A DNA stretch of 64,000 nt from Candidatus Micrarchaeota archaeon (GTDB lineage: Archaea; Micrarchaeota; Micrarchaeia; Anstonellales; Bilamarchaeaceae). The notes below the pieces were generated by a model that saw only the letters and a program-made list of their open reading frames with translations, was not told the origin of the DNA and ran no database searches. Below, one piece after another: positions 38,084 to 47,791 of this stretch (its first letter is position 1; each line of letters starts with the position of its first letter). The stretch lies in NCBI GenBank assembly GCA_043827025.1, contig JBDRPL010000019.1:40359-104358 (forward strand). The letters run 5' to 3'. Made by a program: the position numbers and the translations under genes.

Positions 38084-38812
38084 ATGATATTGGTAACCAA
38101 TGACGACGGCTATTCCAGGGGCTTAGAAATGCTTCTTAAGGCTGCAAAGCAGGTGGATGAGGCATACGCAGTCATCCCTGCAAAGCACAGGAGTGCAGTT
38201 TCCTGCGCATTAACATCTCATAAGCCGCTTCGTTTTGCCAAGCATTCGCAGGACATTTATACCTTGAATGGCACTCCTGCAGATTGCGTTCTTTTTTCAA
38301 TCTATTCAGGAGATGTCACGAAACCAGATTTGATTCTTTCAGGCCTTAATTTCGGGGACAATTCAGGACTAAGCGCAATTATTTGTTCAGGCACTTTAGG
38401 TGCTTGCCTCACAGCTTCAGTTGAAGGCGTGCCTGCGATTGGCTTTTCGCTCTGCATTCCAAACCGGGATGCATGGAGAAATAAAACAGAGTGGGGCGAT
38501 GAAACAAAAATAGTCGAAGCAATTGTCAAACTCATAAAAGAACTAAAATCCAAGATAAAAGACGGCATGTTTTTTAGTGTGAATCTGCCAATGTCTGATC
38601 TTGACAAGGCCAAAATAATCTATCCGGAGAAATTGCAGAGATCAAGGTTCAAGACTATAATAACGAAAAGGAACGATCCTTATGATCTGCCGTATTATTG
38701 GTTGAGCGGTGATTATTCCAATGCAGAAAAAGGAACTGACCTTTATGAAGTCCTGGTCAACAAAAATATCACAGTAACCCCAATTTCTATAAATATGTTG
38801 TACGATAAATAG
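38084..38812 (+). CDS. surE: 5'/3'-nucleotidase SurE
   Basis: ILVTNDDG, GTPADCV, SGLNFGDN, SGTLGA. Confidence 0.93.
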   Translation: MILVTNDDGYSRGLEMLLKAAKQVDEAYAVIPAKHRSAVSCALTSHKPLRFAKHSQDIYTLNGTPADCVLFSIYSGDVTKPDLILSGLNFGDNSGLSAIICSGTLGACLTASVEGVPAIGFSLCIPNRDAWRNKTEWGDETKIVEAIVKLIKELKSKIKDGMFFSVNLPMSDLDKAKIIYPEKLQRSRFKTIITKRNDPYDLPYYWLSGDYSNAEKGTDLYEVLVNKNITVTPISINMLYDK

Positions 38813-38814
38813 TT

Positions 38815-39252
38815 ATGAATTGGAAGGCACATGTTACAATTGCAATTTTTCTGGCACTGTTTTTATTTTATTTCATGCGCTTTCCATTTGAAGTTTCGTT
38901 GCCTTTGGTTATTTTTGCAGGTTTGAGTGCTTTAGTTCCTGACCTTGACCATGACATGAGCAAAGGAAGACAAATGCTCAATTATGCAGTTTTTGGCTAT
39001 GCTATTGCATTTTCTTATTCTGCAAGTGGTTCACTTGGGCAGAAGTCCATTGTTTTCTTTGCAATAATCGGTGCCTATTTTTTGATTATCACTTTCCTAA
39101 AGCCAAGGCACAGAGGAATAGTCCATTCTATTTTGGTTTGTGTATTATATTCTTTGTTGGTCTATGTGCTGATTGGTTTGAATTTTGCAATTGCAGGATT
39201 TGTTGGGTATTTCTCGCATCTATTGGCGGATAAAGAAATGAAATTAATTTAG
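38815..39252 (+). CDS. Membrane-bound metal-dependent hydrolase (YdjM/DUF457-like)
   Basis: N-terminal His, PDLDH, HRGIVHS, SHLLAD. Confidence 0.88.
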   Translation: MNWKAHVTIAIFLALFLFYFMRFPFEVSLPLVIFAGLSALVPDLDHDMSKGRQMLNYAVFGYAIAFSYSASGSLGQKSIVFFAIIGAYFLIITFLKPRHRGIVHSILVCVLYSLLVYVLIGLNFAIAGFVGYFSHLLADKEMKLI

Positions 39253-39268
39253 AAAAGTAATTGAAAAA

Positions 39269-39463
39269 TCAGAACTGATTTATTAGTCTATTGACTCCGA
39301 CCAATGCGATTGTTGATATGGCTCCCAGATGCATGCCTTTTGAATAATTGATTGGGCTCATGCCAAACACTATTCCAAGCATCATTTCTGCAGTTGATGC
39401 AACAAGCAATCCATCTATCGCAAGACGGAGGTTTTTTATTATTTTGGTGTTTGACATAATCAT
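39269..39463 (-). CDS. Small hydrophobic orphan protein
   Basis: 64 aa, two hydrophobic stretches, 7 nt downstream of the neighbouring orphan. Confidence 0.45.
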   Translation of the reverse strand: MIMSNTKIIKNLRLAIDGLLVASTAEMMLGIVFGMSPINYSKGMHLGAISTIALVGVNRLINQF

Positions 39464-39470
39464 TACCTAA

Positions 39471-39752
39471 TTATTTTCCTATTTCTGCAAATGCCTTTAG
39501 TGCTGCGAGTGCAGTTATTTCAGGAGAACCGCATGTATTTGTTGGTTTAATACCATTGTCAAACCTCTTGCCTTTCCATATTGGATCAATAGGTGGTGGT
39601 AGGACTGGGGTTGTGCCTCTAGGGCATATGTCGAAATATGCGTTCCATCTTGCCGAGCCAGGTTCACCCAATGCTCTTTCAACCCTCATTTGTTTTGCAA
39701 GTGTCCTAACTCCAACTAACTGTTCGCGTTTTAATTTTGTCAAATGGGTCAC
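39471..39752 (-). CDS. Small basic orphan protein
   Basis: GTG start about 30 nt downstream of the TATA box in repeat copy B. Confidence 0.55.
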   Translation of the reverse strand: MTHLTKLKREQLVGVRTLAKQMRVERALGEPGSARWNAYFDICPRGTTPVLPPPIDPIWKGKRFDNGIKPTNTCGSPEITALAALKAFAEIGK

Positions 39753-39782
39753 CTTTGGATACTATTAATTATGCGTATTTCT

Positions 39783-39819
39783 CTTTTTAAACCTTCCTTT
39801 TTAACCGCTTTCTACAACA
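39783..39819. repeat. 37-bp dispersed repeat, copy B
   Basis: ctttttaaaccttcctttttaaccgctttctacaaca; 34/37 identical to 35066-35102. Confidence 0.85.
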
Positions 39820-40188
39820 TTAAAGAACTTCTTTCCTTTTTGGTTCGCACTGGATATCTGCTGTTTTCTCAAGCCTTTCTTCGACGACTCCGTCCTTATT
39901 ATAAGTAAAGAGGATTATGTTGCAGTCATAGGTGCCAGGTTCTGTGTCCGAAGAGGCATAAACCTTTATTGCTTTTTCAAGGAACGCCCCGCTGTCAATT
40001 ATCCCGATTCTTATCCTGCCTTTGCCAAGTTGGCTTGTCGGAGATAATGAAATCTTTTCAGGAACATTCACATCTGCTTCTGCCCAGCAGACCTGACCCT
40101 TGTTTTCCATTCTAAGTATAATATCAATACTGTTCTGCATGTTCGCGAATAGCACTTCAGGATGCGTCTTGACCAATAGTTCTGCCAT
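39820..40188 (-). CDS. Hypothetical beta-rich protein
   Basis: Start set to ATG 40188 (MAELLVK) to avoid overlapping the upstream gene. Confidence 0.7.
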   Translation of the reverse strand: MAELLVKTHPEVLFANMQNSIDIILRMENKGQVCWAEADVNVPEKISLSPTSQLGKGRIRIGIIDSGAFLEKAIKVYASSDTEPGTYDCNIILFTYNKDGVVEERLEKTADIQCEPKRKEVL

Positions 40189-40213
40189 GGAATATTGCTG
40201 GAGGCAATATTTC

Positions 40214-42775
40214 TTAATTATTTGTCCCATACTCTTCCATGATTTCCTCTTGACTCAATACTCTGTCATATATTTTCACTTCATCCATGTCTCCCCTGAA
40301 GAATGTGTTGATGCCTTTATTCGAGCCAATGTATATCATTGCTCCTGTGTCGAATCCGCCAATCCCACTTACTCCAAATTGCTTTATCATGGTGCCATTA
40401 ACATAGACCTTTGCCATTGAATCGCGATCGAATGTCATCACGACTTGAGTCCATCTATTCTTTGGAATTACGGTTTTTGAAAGGTATGTCTCTGTAATCT
40501 CTCCATCCCTGAATGCGAGATGCGGCCTTCTGGAACTCAGTATCATAGCATATGAAGGATCTGTATTCCTGTTTGACACCATATACCCTCCGCTGTAATT
40601 TGTTCTTACCCATAAGGATATTGAGAAATCTTCATTGTCTCCGAAATTGGTTTCGTCTGTTGTTTCTATCGAGATGTAGTCATTTGCCCCATCCATCCTG
40701 CATGCATTTCCTTTAACTCCGTTTGCTACGAATTGCATCTCTCCATGATATTGTTCCTGCCCAAAAGTATCGCAATTTATTGTCAATACAGGGCCTGCTG
40801 GAGGCAATGTTTGGTTTGTCTGGTTTTGAGTTGGGGGTTGCGTTTGGTTTGTATTGTTTTGAGGCTGAATCTCCCCAAGATATTCATATGCCCCAATGTC
40901 ATATCCATTCCCAGACGGCCTTGTATTCCCATCCATATCGAAAATAGGAGCAAGCATGCCAGTTCCCTTATCTATGGCAGGGCTATTCATAAGCAAACGG
41001 AAATTATTCAGATTCGCTGCAACAAATAATGGGTCAAGCCCCATTGAGCCTTGTTCCAGCCCAGTTTGTTGGGTCAACAATCCATTTTGGATGTCCTGAA
41101 TCGTGAATCTGCCATATTTTCCTTCAACAGCATAGTTGTTGCCTGTTCCGAAATAGATATTGTTGCTCATGCTTCTTACAGTTGCTCCATTTCCAATGTG
41201 GAATCCGCCGTTGTTGAATGCGAATATGTTGTTATGGAAAGAAAAGCTTGCAGTCTGGCCTGCATCATATACTGCGTATGCGCCATAATCTCCATATATT
41301 ATTCCGTTGAATGCAATCACGTTGTTGATTACATCCACATCAGCGCCATTGGCAATGACCAGTCCTGCCAATCCATTGCGGTATGTCAGGGAATTTTTCA
41401 TTGAGCCTCCGACTCCCCAAAGTTTTATTCCGTTCCTTGCGTTGTATCTTGAGATTGAATCAATGATCTGGGTATTGTCTGATTTTGAATCAAAACCGTC
41501 GCCTGCATTGTATTCGGAGAGCGAATTCTCGATGATTATATCATGGCTTCCACCTTCAAAAGCAATTCCGTCTGCAGCTGTGTTTGAGTCTGTACCCCCA
41601 TTGTCACTCGCAGTGAAGTTCTTGAAATGCACGTAGTTGCATGGGCCAGGAGCACAGTCAAATCCTGCCAATTCATTATGGTGAGTCTTAAAATTTATAA
41701 GAGTCAAATAGCTTACCTCTCCCAAAGATCCTGGATCTGTCACTCTGATTCCTGTGTTCGTATTATGTAAATCAATATTGCTAAATGTTATATGACTTGC
41801 TCCGCCATGCACATAAATTCCATATCCTACGAAGTTTTTGATTTCTAAACCATTTATCACAAGATGTCTTGCTGAAGAAGTTATTGTTGGCATGTCCCAC
41901 TTATACATTGTAGCTCCATCAATTACTACTTTTTCATTATCATATGCACTTATGGTTATAGGAGCGTTTTCAGTACCAGCAATGTCAAATAAAGCTGCCT
42001 GAGTATAGGTTCCACCTCGAATATATAGGGCATCTCCAGGCTCTAGTCTGTCCAATCCTTCGCCTATTGTTGCGAGTGGTTGATCTATTGTTCCTGAGTT
42101 TGCATCGTTTCCTGTTGTTGATACATAATATGTACTCAAATTAGGCTGGGTCGGATCAACAGGTGTGTCATTCTGCGGTGGATTGACTGGCGGAAGCGTC
42201 TCGTTTTGCGCAGGTGGCTGAGTATTATTCTGCGGTGGTGTAATTGTTATCGGCGCAGGAGGGGTTGTATCATAATTTTCAATTCCCTGATCTCTCCCTT
42301 GAGGACAAACATTTGCCTGGCTTTCAACACCTGTTATTGGGTCAGTTATTATTGGATTAGAAATATATCTACAAGTGTCTGAATATTTTTCACCCATTGC
42401 ATCTGTTCCATAGGGACCTTCATTATAAACACCGTCTTCATCTATGTCCCAGCATATCCATGCTCTTTGAGTATAAGGGTCTGCACCACCTAATCTATCT
42501 GCAATATTAAGAACGTATCTCCATGTATTCGGATCCATTGTTATTTTTTTGTTTGTTGCTGGATCATAGGGGTTTGAAGCATTTACCAATGGATAAATCA
42601 GATAATAAGGATAGTATGCGGCATCAACATTGCAATATGCGTCGAACCCTACAACCTGTATGTCCATGTCTGTTGCATCTGGATTGTTATCGCCATCAAC
42701 ATCTGTGCTGTATGCAAATGCAAAACTGCTCAGAAACACCAGCATCAATCCAATTAAGAGAATTGTTTTTTTCAT
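40214..42775 (-). CDS. Secreted right-handed beta-helix (pectin-lyase-like) protein with a C-terminal LamG/ConA domain
   Basis: Signal peptide MKKTILL...AFA (ATG 42775); P/T/Q/N-rich linkers; YYVSTTGND..GT..P..TI; DGFDSK; SPAIDKG...DIGAYE; FSISLWV...F.GDMDEVKIYDRVLS. Confidence 0.85.
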   Translation of the reverse strand: MKKTILLIGLMLVFLSSFAFAYSTDVDGDNNPDATDMDIQVVGFDAYCNVDAAYYPYYLIYPLVNASNPYDPATNKKITMDPNTWRYVLNIADRLGGADPYTQRAWICWDIDEDGVYNEGPYGTDAMGEKYSDTCRYISNPIITDPITGVESQANVCPQGRDQGIENYDTTPPAPITITPPQNNTQPPAQNETLPPVNPPQNDTPVDPTQPNLSTYYVSTTGNDANSGTIDQPLATIGEGLDRLEPGDALYIRGGTYTQAALFDIAGTENAPITISAYDNEKVVIDGATMYKWDMPTITSSARHLVINGLEIKNFVGYGIYVHGGASHITFSNIDLHNTNTGIRVTDPGSLGEVSYLTLINFKTHHNELAGFDCAPGPCNYVHFKNFTASDNGGTDSNTAADGIAFEGGSHDIIIENSLSEYNAGDGFDSKSDNTQIIDSISRYNARNGIKLWGVGGSMKNSLTYRNGLAGLVIANGADVDVINNVIAFNGIIYGDYGAYAVYDAGQTASFSFHNNIFAFNNGGFHIGNGATVRSMSNNIYFGTGNNYAVEGKYGRFTIQDIQNGLLTQQTGLEQGSMGLDPLFVAANLNNFRLLMNSPAIDKGTGMLAPIFDMDGNTRPSGNGYDIGAYEYLGEIQPQNNTNQTQPPTQNQTNQTLPPAGPVLTINCDTFGQEQYHGEMQFVANGVKGNACRMDGANDYISIETTDETNFGDNEDFSISLWVRTNYSGGYMVSNRNTDPSYAMILSSRRPHLAFRDGEITETYLSKTVIPKNRWTQVVMTFDRDSMAKVYVNGTMIKQFGVSGIGGFDTGAMIYIGSNKGINTFFRGDMDEVKIYDRVLSQEEIMEEYGTNN

Positions 42776-42956
42776 AGTAACCAGTCCTTGTAGCCAAATA
42801 ATATTTTGACTCGTTACTGTCATTTGCAGTTCATATACTTAAATGTTCCAGTAACCTTTTCCAACTTTTTACGAAATTCGCAAATTAATGTTCAAACCTC
42901 AAACAATAACCTTTTAAATTTCAAACAATATCTTAGAATGCAATGGTGTTTTCTAC

Positions 42957-43403
42957 ATGATTCCAGAGTCAAAACTAATACGTTCAGAATTAACGCTAAG
43001 GGAAATGTCTTTGCCTGAAGAAACAAAGTTAACGCGCAAATCCCTCATTAGATGGGTTGCCCTTTCCTTTGGTTTAATTCATCCGAATGAATCAAGAAAG
43101 TTGTTGCTTGACGTGCTTGAAGTTCTATTCATGTATCATGTGAAAAATACCACTCCGACCACACAGCATGTGCTCGATTCCCTAAAAGAATTGGATGGAA
43201 AGGACCCGAACCCAAAGGCAGTTTATTATCATCTATTAAAATTGAAGGAAGCAGGCCTGATCTCCAGAAAGAAAGGGCAATATTATTTTGATGACGAAGG
43301 CAAGACCTTGTCAGAGACTTTTAAGGTGTTCTATCAGAAGAAGTTCAATGAGTCATTCAAGAACATTGACGAAGCGCTGAAAAAGCTGGAGACGAACTAC
43401 TAG
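42957..43403 (+). CDS. Winged-helix DNA-binding protein
   Basis: KAVYYHLLKLKEAGLISRKKGQYY wHTH signature. Confidence 0.75.
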   Translation: MIPESKLIRSELTLREMSLPEETKLTRKSLIRWVALSFGLIHPNESRKLLLDVLEVLFMYHVKNTTPTTQHVLDSLKELDGKDPNPKAVYYHLLKLKEAGLISRKKGQYYFDDEGKTLSETFKVFYQKKFNESFKNIDEALKKLETNY

Positions 43404-43467
43404 CAAACCGCAGGGGAATAAGTCATATTTAAAATAACATGTCATGAATATTTTGGCAGGTAGTATT

Positions 43468-44715
43468 ATGGTTGAACTTAAAGGTTTTTACAAGCTTTCC
43501 GTTGAAGAGCGATTGAAGCTCTTGGAACGCGAGAAATTGCTTTCTAATCAATCAGTCCAGCTCCTGAAAAATGGAAACGCGCTGAAGATTGAGGTTGCAG
43601 ACAGAATGGTTGAGAATGTAATCGGAACAATCCAGTTGCCAATTGGCATAGCGACTAATTTCAAAATCAATGGAAAAGATTACCAGGTGCCTATGGCAAT
43701 AGAAGAAGCATCTGTAATTGCAGCAGCATCCAAGGCTGCGAAGCTCTGTTTGCCAGAGGGGTTCACGGCAGAAGCCGATGAGCCAGTGATGATGGGCCAT
43801 GTTCAGCTTATGAACATATCCAATGTAGGGAATGCGTTGTCAAACCTAAGCAAGCACAGGAACGAAATCATTGCAATAGCAAGGGAATCCTCAAAAGTAA
43901 TGGAGCAGTATGGCGGAGGATTTAGGGAAGTAGTATTCAAGGAATTGAAGAATGCAAGAACAGGGACAATTATTGCAGAATTTTACGTTGATGTAAGAGA
44001 TGCAATGGGAGCCAACACAGTCAACACGATTCTCGAACAAGTGGCTCCAATGCTTTCTGAAATCACAGGTGGAAAAACAAGATTAAGAATCATAAGCAAT
44101 CTCGCAATCAGGAGAAAAGTAAGGGCAAAAGCCATATGGAAAAAAGAAGTAATCGGCGAAGATGGCGTTGAAGGTGTTTTGGATGGCTATGATTTTGCAA
44201 AGAATGATGTTTACCGGTGCGCCACCCACAACAAAGGAGTGATGAATGGAATTGATGCAGTTGCAATTGCAACTGGCAATGACTGGCGCGCAGTTGAAGC
44301 AGGCATGCACAGTTTTGCATCATTGAATGGCTATCATCCAATAACAAAGTATGAGAAGGACAAGAATGGAAACCTTGTAGGAACAATCGAGCTTCCGCTT
44401 CCTGTTGCAACAGTTGGTGGCGCAATCAATACTCTGCCGCATGCGAAGGTGGCACTTGAGCTTCTTGGTGCAAAATCAGCGAAGGAACTTGCAATGGCCA
44501 TGGTGTGCGTAGGGCTTGCCAATAATTTTGCTGCCCTATTGGCTTTGTCAACAGTAGGTATCCAGGAAGGCCATATGAAATTGCATTCAAGGAATCTTGC
44601 AGTGATCGCAGGTGCGAAAACAGATAAAGAAATAACTTGTGTTTCTGACAAGATGAACGAAGAAAAGAAATTCTCAGTTGATTATGCTAAAAAACTTTTG
44701 GAAGAAATGAGGTAG
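43468..44715 (+). CDS. mvaA: HMG-CoA reductase, class II (bacterial type)
   Basis: ENVIG, PMAIEEASVIAA, DAMGAN, THNKGVMNGIDAV, GIQEGHMKLH; start ATG 43468. Confidence 0.93.
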   Translation: MVELKGFYKLSVEERLKLLEREKLLSNQSVQLLKNGNALKIEVADRMVENVIGTIQLPIGIATNFKINGKDYQVPMAIEEASVIAAASKAAKLCLPEGFTAEADEPVMMGHVQLMNISNVGNALSNLSKHRNEIIAIARESSKVMEQYGGGFREVVFKELKNARTGTIIAEFYVDVRDAMGANTVNTILEQVAPMLSEITGGKTRLRIISNLAIRRKVRAKAIWKKEVIGEDGVEGVLDGYDFAKNDVYRCATHNKGVMNGIDAVAIATGNDWRAVEAGMHSFASLNGYHPITKYEKDKNGNLVGTIELPLPVATVGGAINTLPHAKVALELLGAKSAKELAMAMVCVGLANNFAALLALSTVGIQEGHMKLHSRNLAVIAGAKTDKEITCVSDKMNEEKKFSVDYAKKLLEEMR

Positions 44716-44720
44716 AAAAA

Positions 44721-46115
44721 ATGAACGAAACATTCAAAAAGCACGCATTTCCAGTCATTCTCTTGATTTTGTTCTGCACAGGGATTTATCTTGCATTCGG
44801 TGGCGGCCCAATCTCAGACCATGCTTATGGGGAATTGCTCGAATACACGACAAAAGGATACATGCATCTTTTGAATCTGGATGTTTCCATGGTTCGTTTT
44901 GCAGTTTTATTCTTTACTTTCATTTCGTCTATTTTGGTTTATTTTTCATTCAAGGAAAACCAGAAGGTTGCAATACTGGCAGCAATGCTTTTCATGAGCG
45001 CGAATGTGCCTAACATGGTTTTCATAAATTCGATAATGCAGCCTTTAATAATGCTGATAGCTTCACTTGGATTCGCCCTTTTCTACCTCAACAAAAAATC
45101 CACTACCCGCTATCTTTCGGTCTTGCTTTTTTTGGCAGCTGTTTTTCTAGCTTATCCTTCATTTACTTACGAACTTTCATATCATGAGGTTGGCCTGTTG
45201 CTTCCTTTGGCAGTGCTTGGAATTTTCATGGCTGAGGAACTCGTATTCCTCGCAGTAGGCATTGCATTCCTTTATCTTTATCCTCAGATTTCAATGGTTG
45301 TGTTCGCATTCACAGGTGCTGCAGCATTGCAGAAATTCTTTAATGATTTCCAGAACAAGAAGATGTGGCTTGTTTTCCTGCTTGCGTTTTTCATTTCAGT
45401 TTTCAGTTTCGAGCTGGTGCAAAGCAATATTATATTAGGTGCAGTTGTAGGTGCGATGCTCTATGGAGTATTATATTTATATGAATTCAAAGTCGAAGGT
45501 TTGAAAACAGCGTTTATAGCTGCCTTGTTATTGTCATCAGTTCTCATAGGGCTTAATTCGGCATATGCAAGTGGAATGAGGAATCCGTCAAGCGGACATA
45601 TTGAGCTTTACAAATCTTTTGGCCCGCAATCCGCATATGTGCTTGCATTTCCAAATTCATTTGAGTATTATACTGGTGCAAAAGCCAATCTGCTGACAAG
45701 GGAGAACCTTCTCTCAAACAAGTCTGCGTCAGGAATGGCTGTAATCGCTTCAAGCGAAGACCTATTCCAATTGTTCAAGGATGACCCAATTGTATTCTAT
45801 TTCTACGGCTTCTCGAAAAAGCCTGATGGGCAGTACGTTGCTGTTTTCTTTAACCCCACCTATGTTCTGCAGGTTCCTTCTGATCCAAATCTTGGATTTA
45901 CTGACGATGCTTATATATTCGATCCGCAGACAGGCAAAACTATTTCGACAGTCATTTCCCCGAGGCTCAAACTTTTCAACAAGAAAGATGAGCTTTCTCA
46001 GGGCATACTTCTCATAAATACAGAAGATGTAAGGGGTACGGTTCTATATAACATGTTATTCAATTCTCAGATCGTTTCAGAATTCGGTAACGTGAAACTC
46101 TTCAAGGTGGAATGA
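44721..46115 (+). CDS. Multi-pass membrane protein with a soluble C-terminal domain
   Basis: Many hydrophobic helices in the N-terminal two thirds; co-oriented with a glycosylation gene. Confidence 0.7.
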   Translation: MNETFKKHAFPVILLILFCTGIYLAFGGGPISDHAYGELLEYTTKGYMHLLNLDVSMVRFAVLFFTFISSILVYFSFKENQKVAILAAMLFMSANVPNMVFINSIMQPLIMLIASLGFALFYLNKKSTTRYLSVLLFLAAVFLAYPSFTYELSYHEVGLLLPLAVLGIFMAEELVFLAVGIAFLYLYPQISMVVFAFTGAAALQKFFNDFQNKKMWLVFLLAFFISVFSFELVQSNIILGAVVGAMLYGVLYLYEFKVEGLKTAFIAALLLSSVLIGLNSAYASGMRNPSSGHIELYKSFGPQSAYVLAFPNSFEYYTGAKANLLTRENLLSNKSASGMAVIASSEDLFQLFKDDPIVFYFYGFSKKPDGQYVAVFFNPTYVLQVPSDPNLGFTDDAYIFDPQTGKTISTVISPRLKLFNKKDELSQGILLINTEDVRGTVLYNMLFNSQIVSEFGNVKLFKVE

Positions 46116-47086
46116 TGCTGGTCTATCTTTCGGTATTTGCCATTTCTTTTCTCATTTGCTTTCTGTTTACCTATCTCCTGATTCCACGGTTGAGGCGGGT
46201 GGGCATTTCAGGCAAGGATATCAACAAGCCAGATGCCCCTGAAGTTGCGGAGATGGGCGGTCTTGCAATTGTCGCTGGTTTTTCAGCAGGTGTGTTGCTT
46301 GCAGTTTTTGCAAACAGCTTCTTTTCATTCGATTTCAATTTGATCTTTATTCTTGCAGCCCTGATAACGATACTTGCAGTTGCAATAATAGGCATAGTGG
46401 ATGATCTGCTCGACATTCCCCAATGGTTCAAAGCACTGCTTCCCCTATTCGCAGCAGTTCCACTTATTGCAGTGAATGCAGCTGAAAGCACATCTATTTT
46501 GATACCCTTTATAGGTCCAGTTGATTTTGGGATTTTTTTCCTTATAGTCCTTATCCCTATCGGAGTTGCAGTTTCATCCAATCTCACAAATATGTTTGCA
46601 GGTTTCAATGGCCTTGAATCCTCTCTCGGAGTCGTGATATTTGCGACTGTTGCAATACTTGCCCTCACGCATGGGTTGACTGAGATGTCTATCCTTTCCA
46701 TAGCGATAATCGGTGCGCTTCTTGCATTTTTGGTCTTCAACAGATATCCTTCAAAAATATTTCCAGGGGATGTTGGCAACCTTTCCATTGGCGCAATACT
46801 TGCAAGTGCAGTCATAATAGGCAATTTTGAGGCAGCTGGCGCTCTTTTGCTGATTCCATACATCATCGATTTTTTTATAAAAGCATACAATAAATTCCCG
46901 AGCAGCAAATGGTGGGGCGTTCCTAAGGATGGGAAGCTCTATCCTGTTGATGGCAAGGTCAGAGGATTTGCACAGCTTGTTATGAAGAGGTTCAATGGCA
47001 TCAGCGAACAGAGGCTTGTACTGTTCTTCATTTGCCTTGAGATATTGGTTGCTGTTGCTGTTCTGGGATTTTTCTTCACGAACTAA
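46112..47086 (+). CDS. UDP-GlcNAc:polyprenyl-phosphate GlcNAc-1-P transferase (AglH/Alg7 type, MraY superfamily)
   Basis: GKDINK, EMGG, GIVDD, NLTNMFAGFNGLE, IFPGDVG. Confidence 0.9.
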   Translation: MMLVYLSVFAISFLICFLFTYLLIPRLRRVGISGKDINKPDAPEVAEMGGLAIVAGFSAGVLLAVFANSFFSFDFNLIFILAALITILAVAIIGIVDDLLDIPQWFKALLPLFAAVPLIAVNAAESTSILIPFIGPVDFGIFFLIVLIPIGVAVSSNLTNMFAGFNGLESSLGVVIFATVAILALTHGLTEMSILSIAIIGALLAFLVFNRYPSKIFPGDVGNLSIGAILASAVIIGNFEAAGALLLIPYIIDFFIKAYNKFPSSKWWGVPKDGKLYPVDGKVRGFAQLVMKRFNGISEQRLVLFFICLEILVAVAVLGFFFTN

Positions 47087-47139
47087 TTTTTTCCAATTTG
47101 CTATTACTTTAAATTACTTTGTTTATAACCTTACGTGCA

Positions 47140-47760
47140 ATGGCATCAAAATACTTACACGCACAGAACCTGGGAGGTTACATTCGCTTTGGAACTGATG
47201 GCAGGAAAAGAAGCCTTTGGACCTTGCATAACGGAGTTCTTGCAGAATACCATTTCCATGAAATTTACAAGAGATTGGCTGAAGTGAATGGGCTATGGAA
47301 AACTCATTTTCGGATCCCAAGTCTTGATTTTGTAAGATTTCTGCTCCACGAACGTCGTGATCTTTTTAGTACCTATCTTACAGGCCAGGATCTTATAGTT
47401 GATAGGGTGGTTGCTTATGAAAGGCAAGGTGTTCCTCTTGGAGGCGTGGTTTCTTTTGAATCCAAAGGCAGGACTTTTGTCATGCCAACAGGGCAGTTCA
47501 TAGGTTTGACTGATGTTGCATTAATGGTTTCATATTATAGTTCTCGTATTAGTGAGGTTGATAGTAAAGTGATTATATGTCCTCTGAAAACTAGGCTAGT
47601 TTCAGTTGAGGCTTTTCGATCTAATGGTTTGGATCCTGGTCTTCCCAGAGAGGTGTTAACTCTTGATTCAGCATTTGTGGGTCCTTTGGTCATCCCATTG
47701 GACAAAAATGGAGAACCAAAATCAATTGACTTGACCCGGACTACATTCAGAATTGATTGA
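47140..47760 (+). CDS. Hypothetical (orphan) protein
   Basis: ORF with likely start ATG 47140 after a TATA-like TTTAAA. Confidence 0.6.
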   Translation: MASKYLHAQNLGGYIRFGTDGRKRSLWTLHNGVLAEYHFHEIYKRLAEVNGLWKTHFRIPSLDFVRFLLHERRDLFSTYLTGQDLIVDRVVAYERQGVPLGGVVSFESKGRTFVMPTGQFIGLTDVALMVSYYSSRISEVDSKVIICPLKTRLVSVEAFRSNGLDPGLPREVLTLDSAFVGPLVIPLDKNGEPKSIDLTRTTFRID

Positions 47761-47791
47761 CTTAAATTTTTTTCATAATCTGTAGAAATTG

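Noticed and set aside
46171..46908. 245-aa antisense ORF and the many other short ORFs overlapping recognised genes
   Set aside because: Shadow frames of well-supported genes on the opposite strand or in another frame, with no independent motifs.
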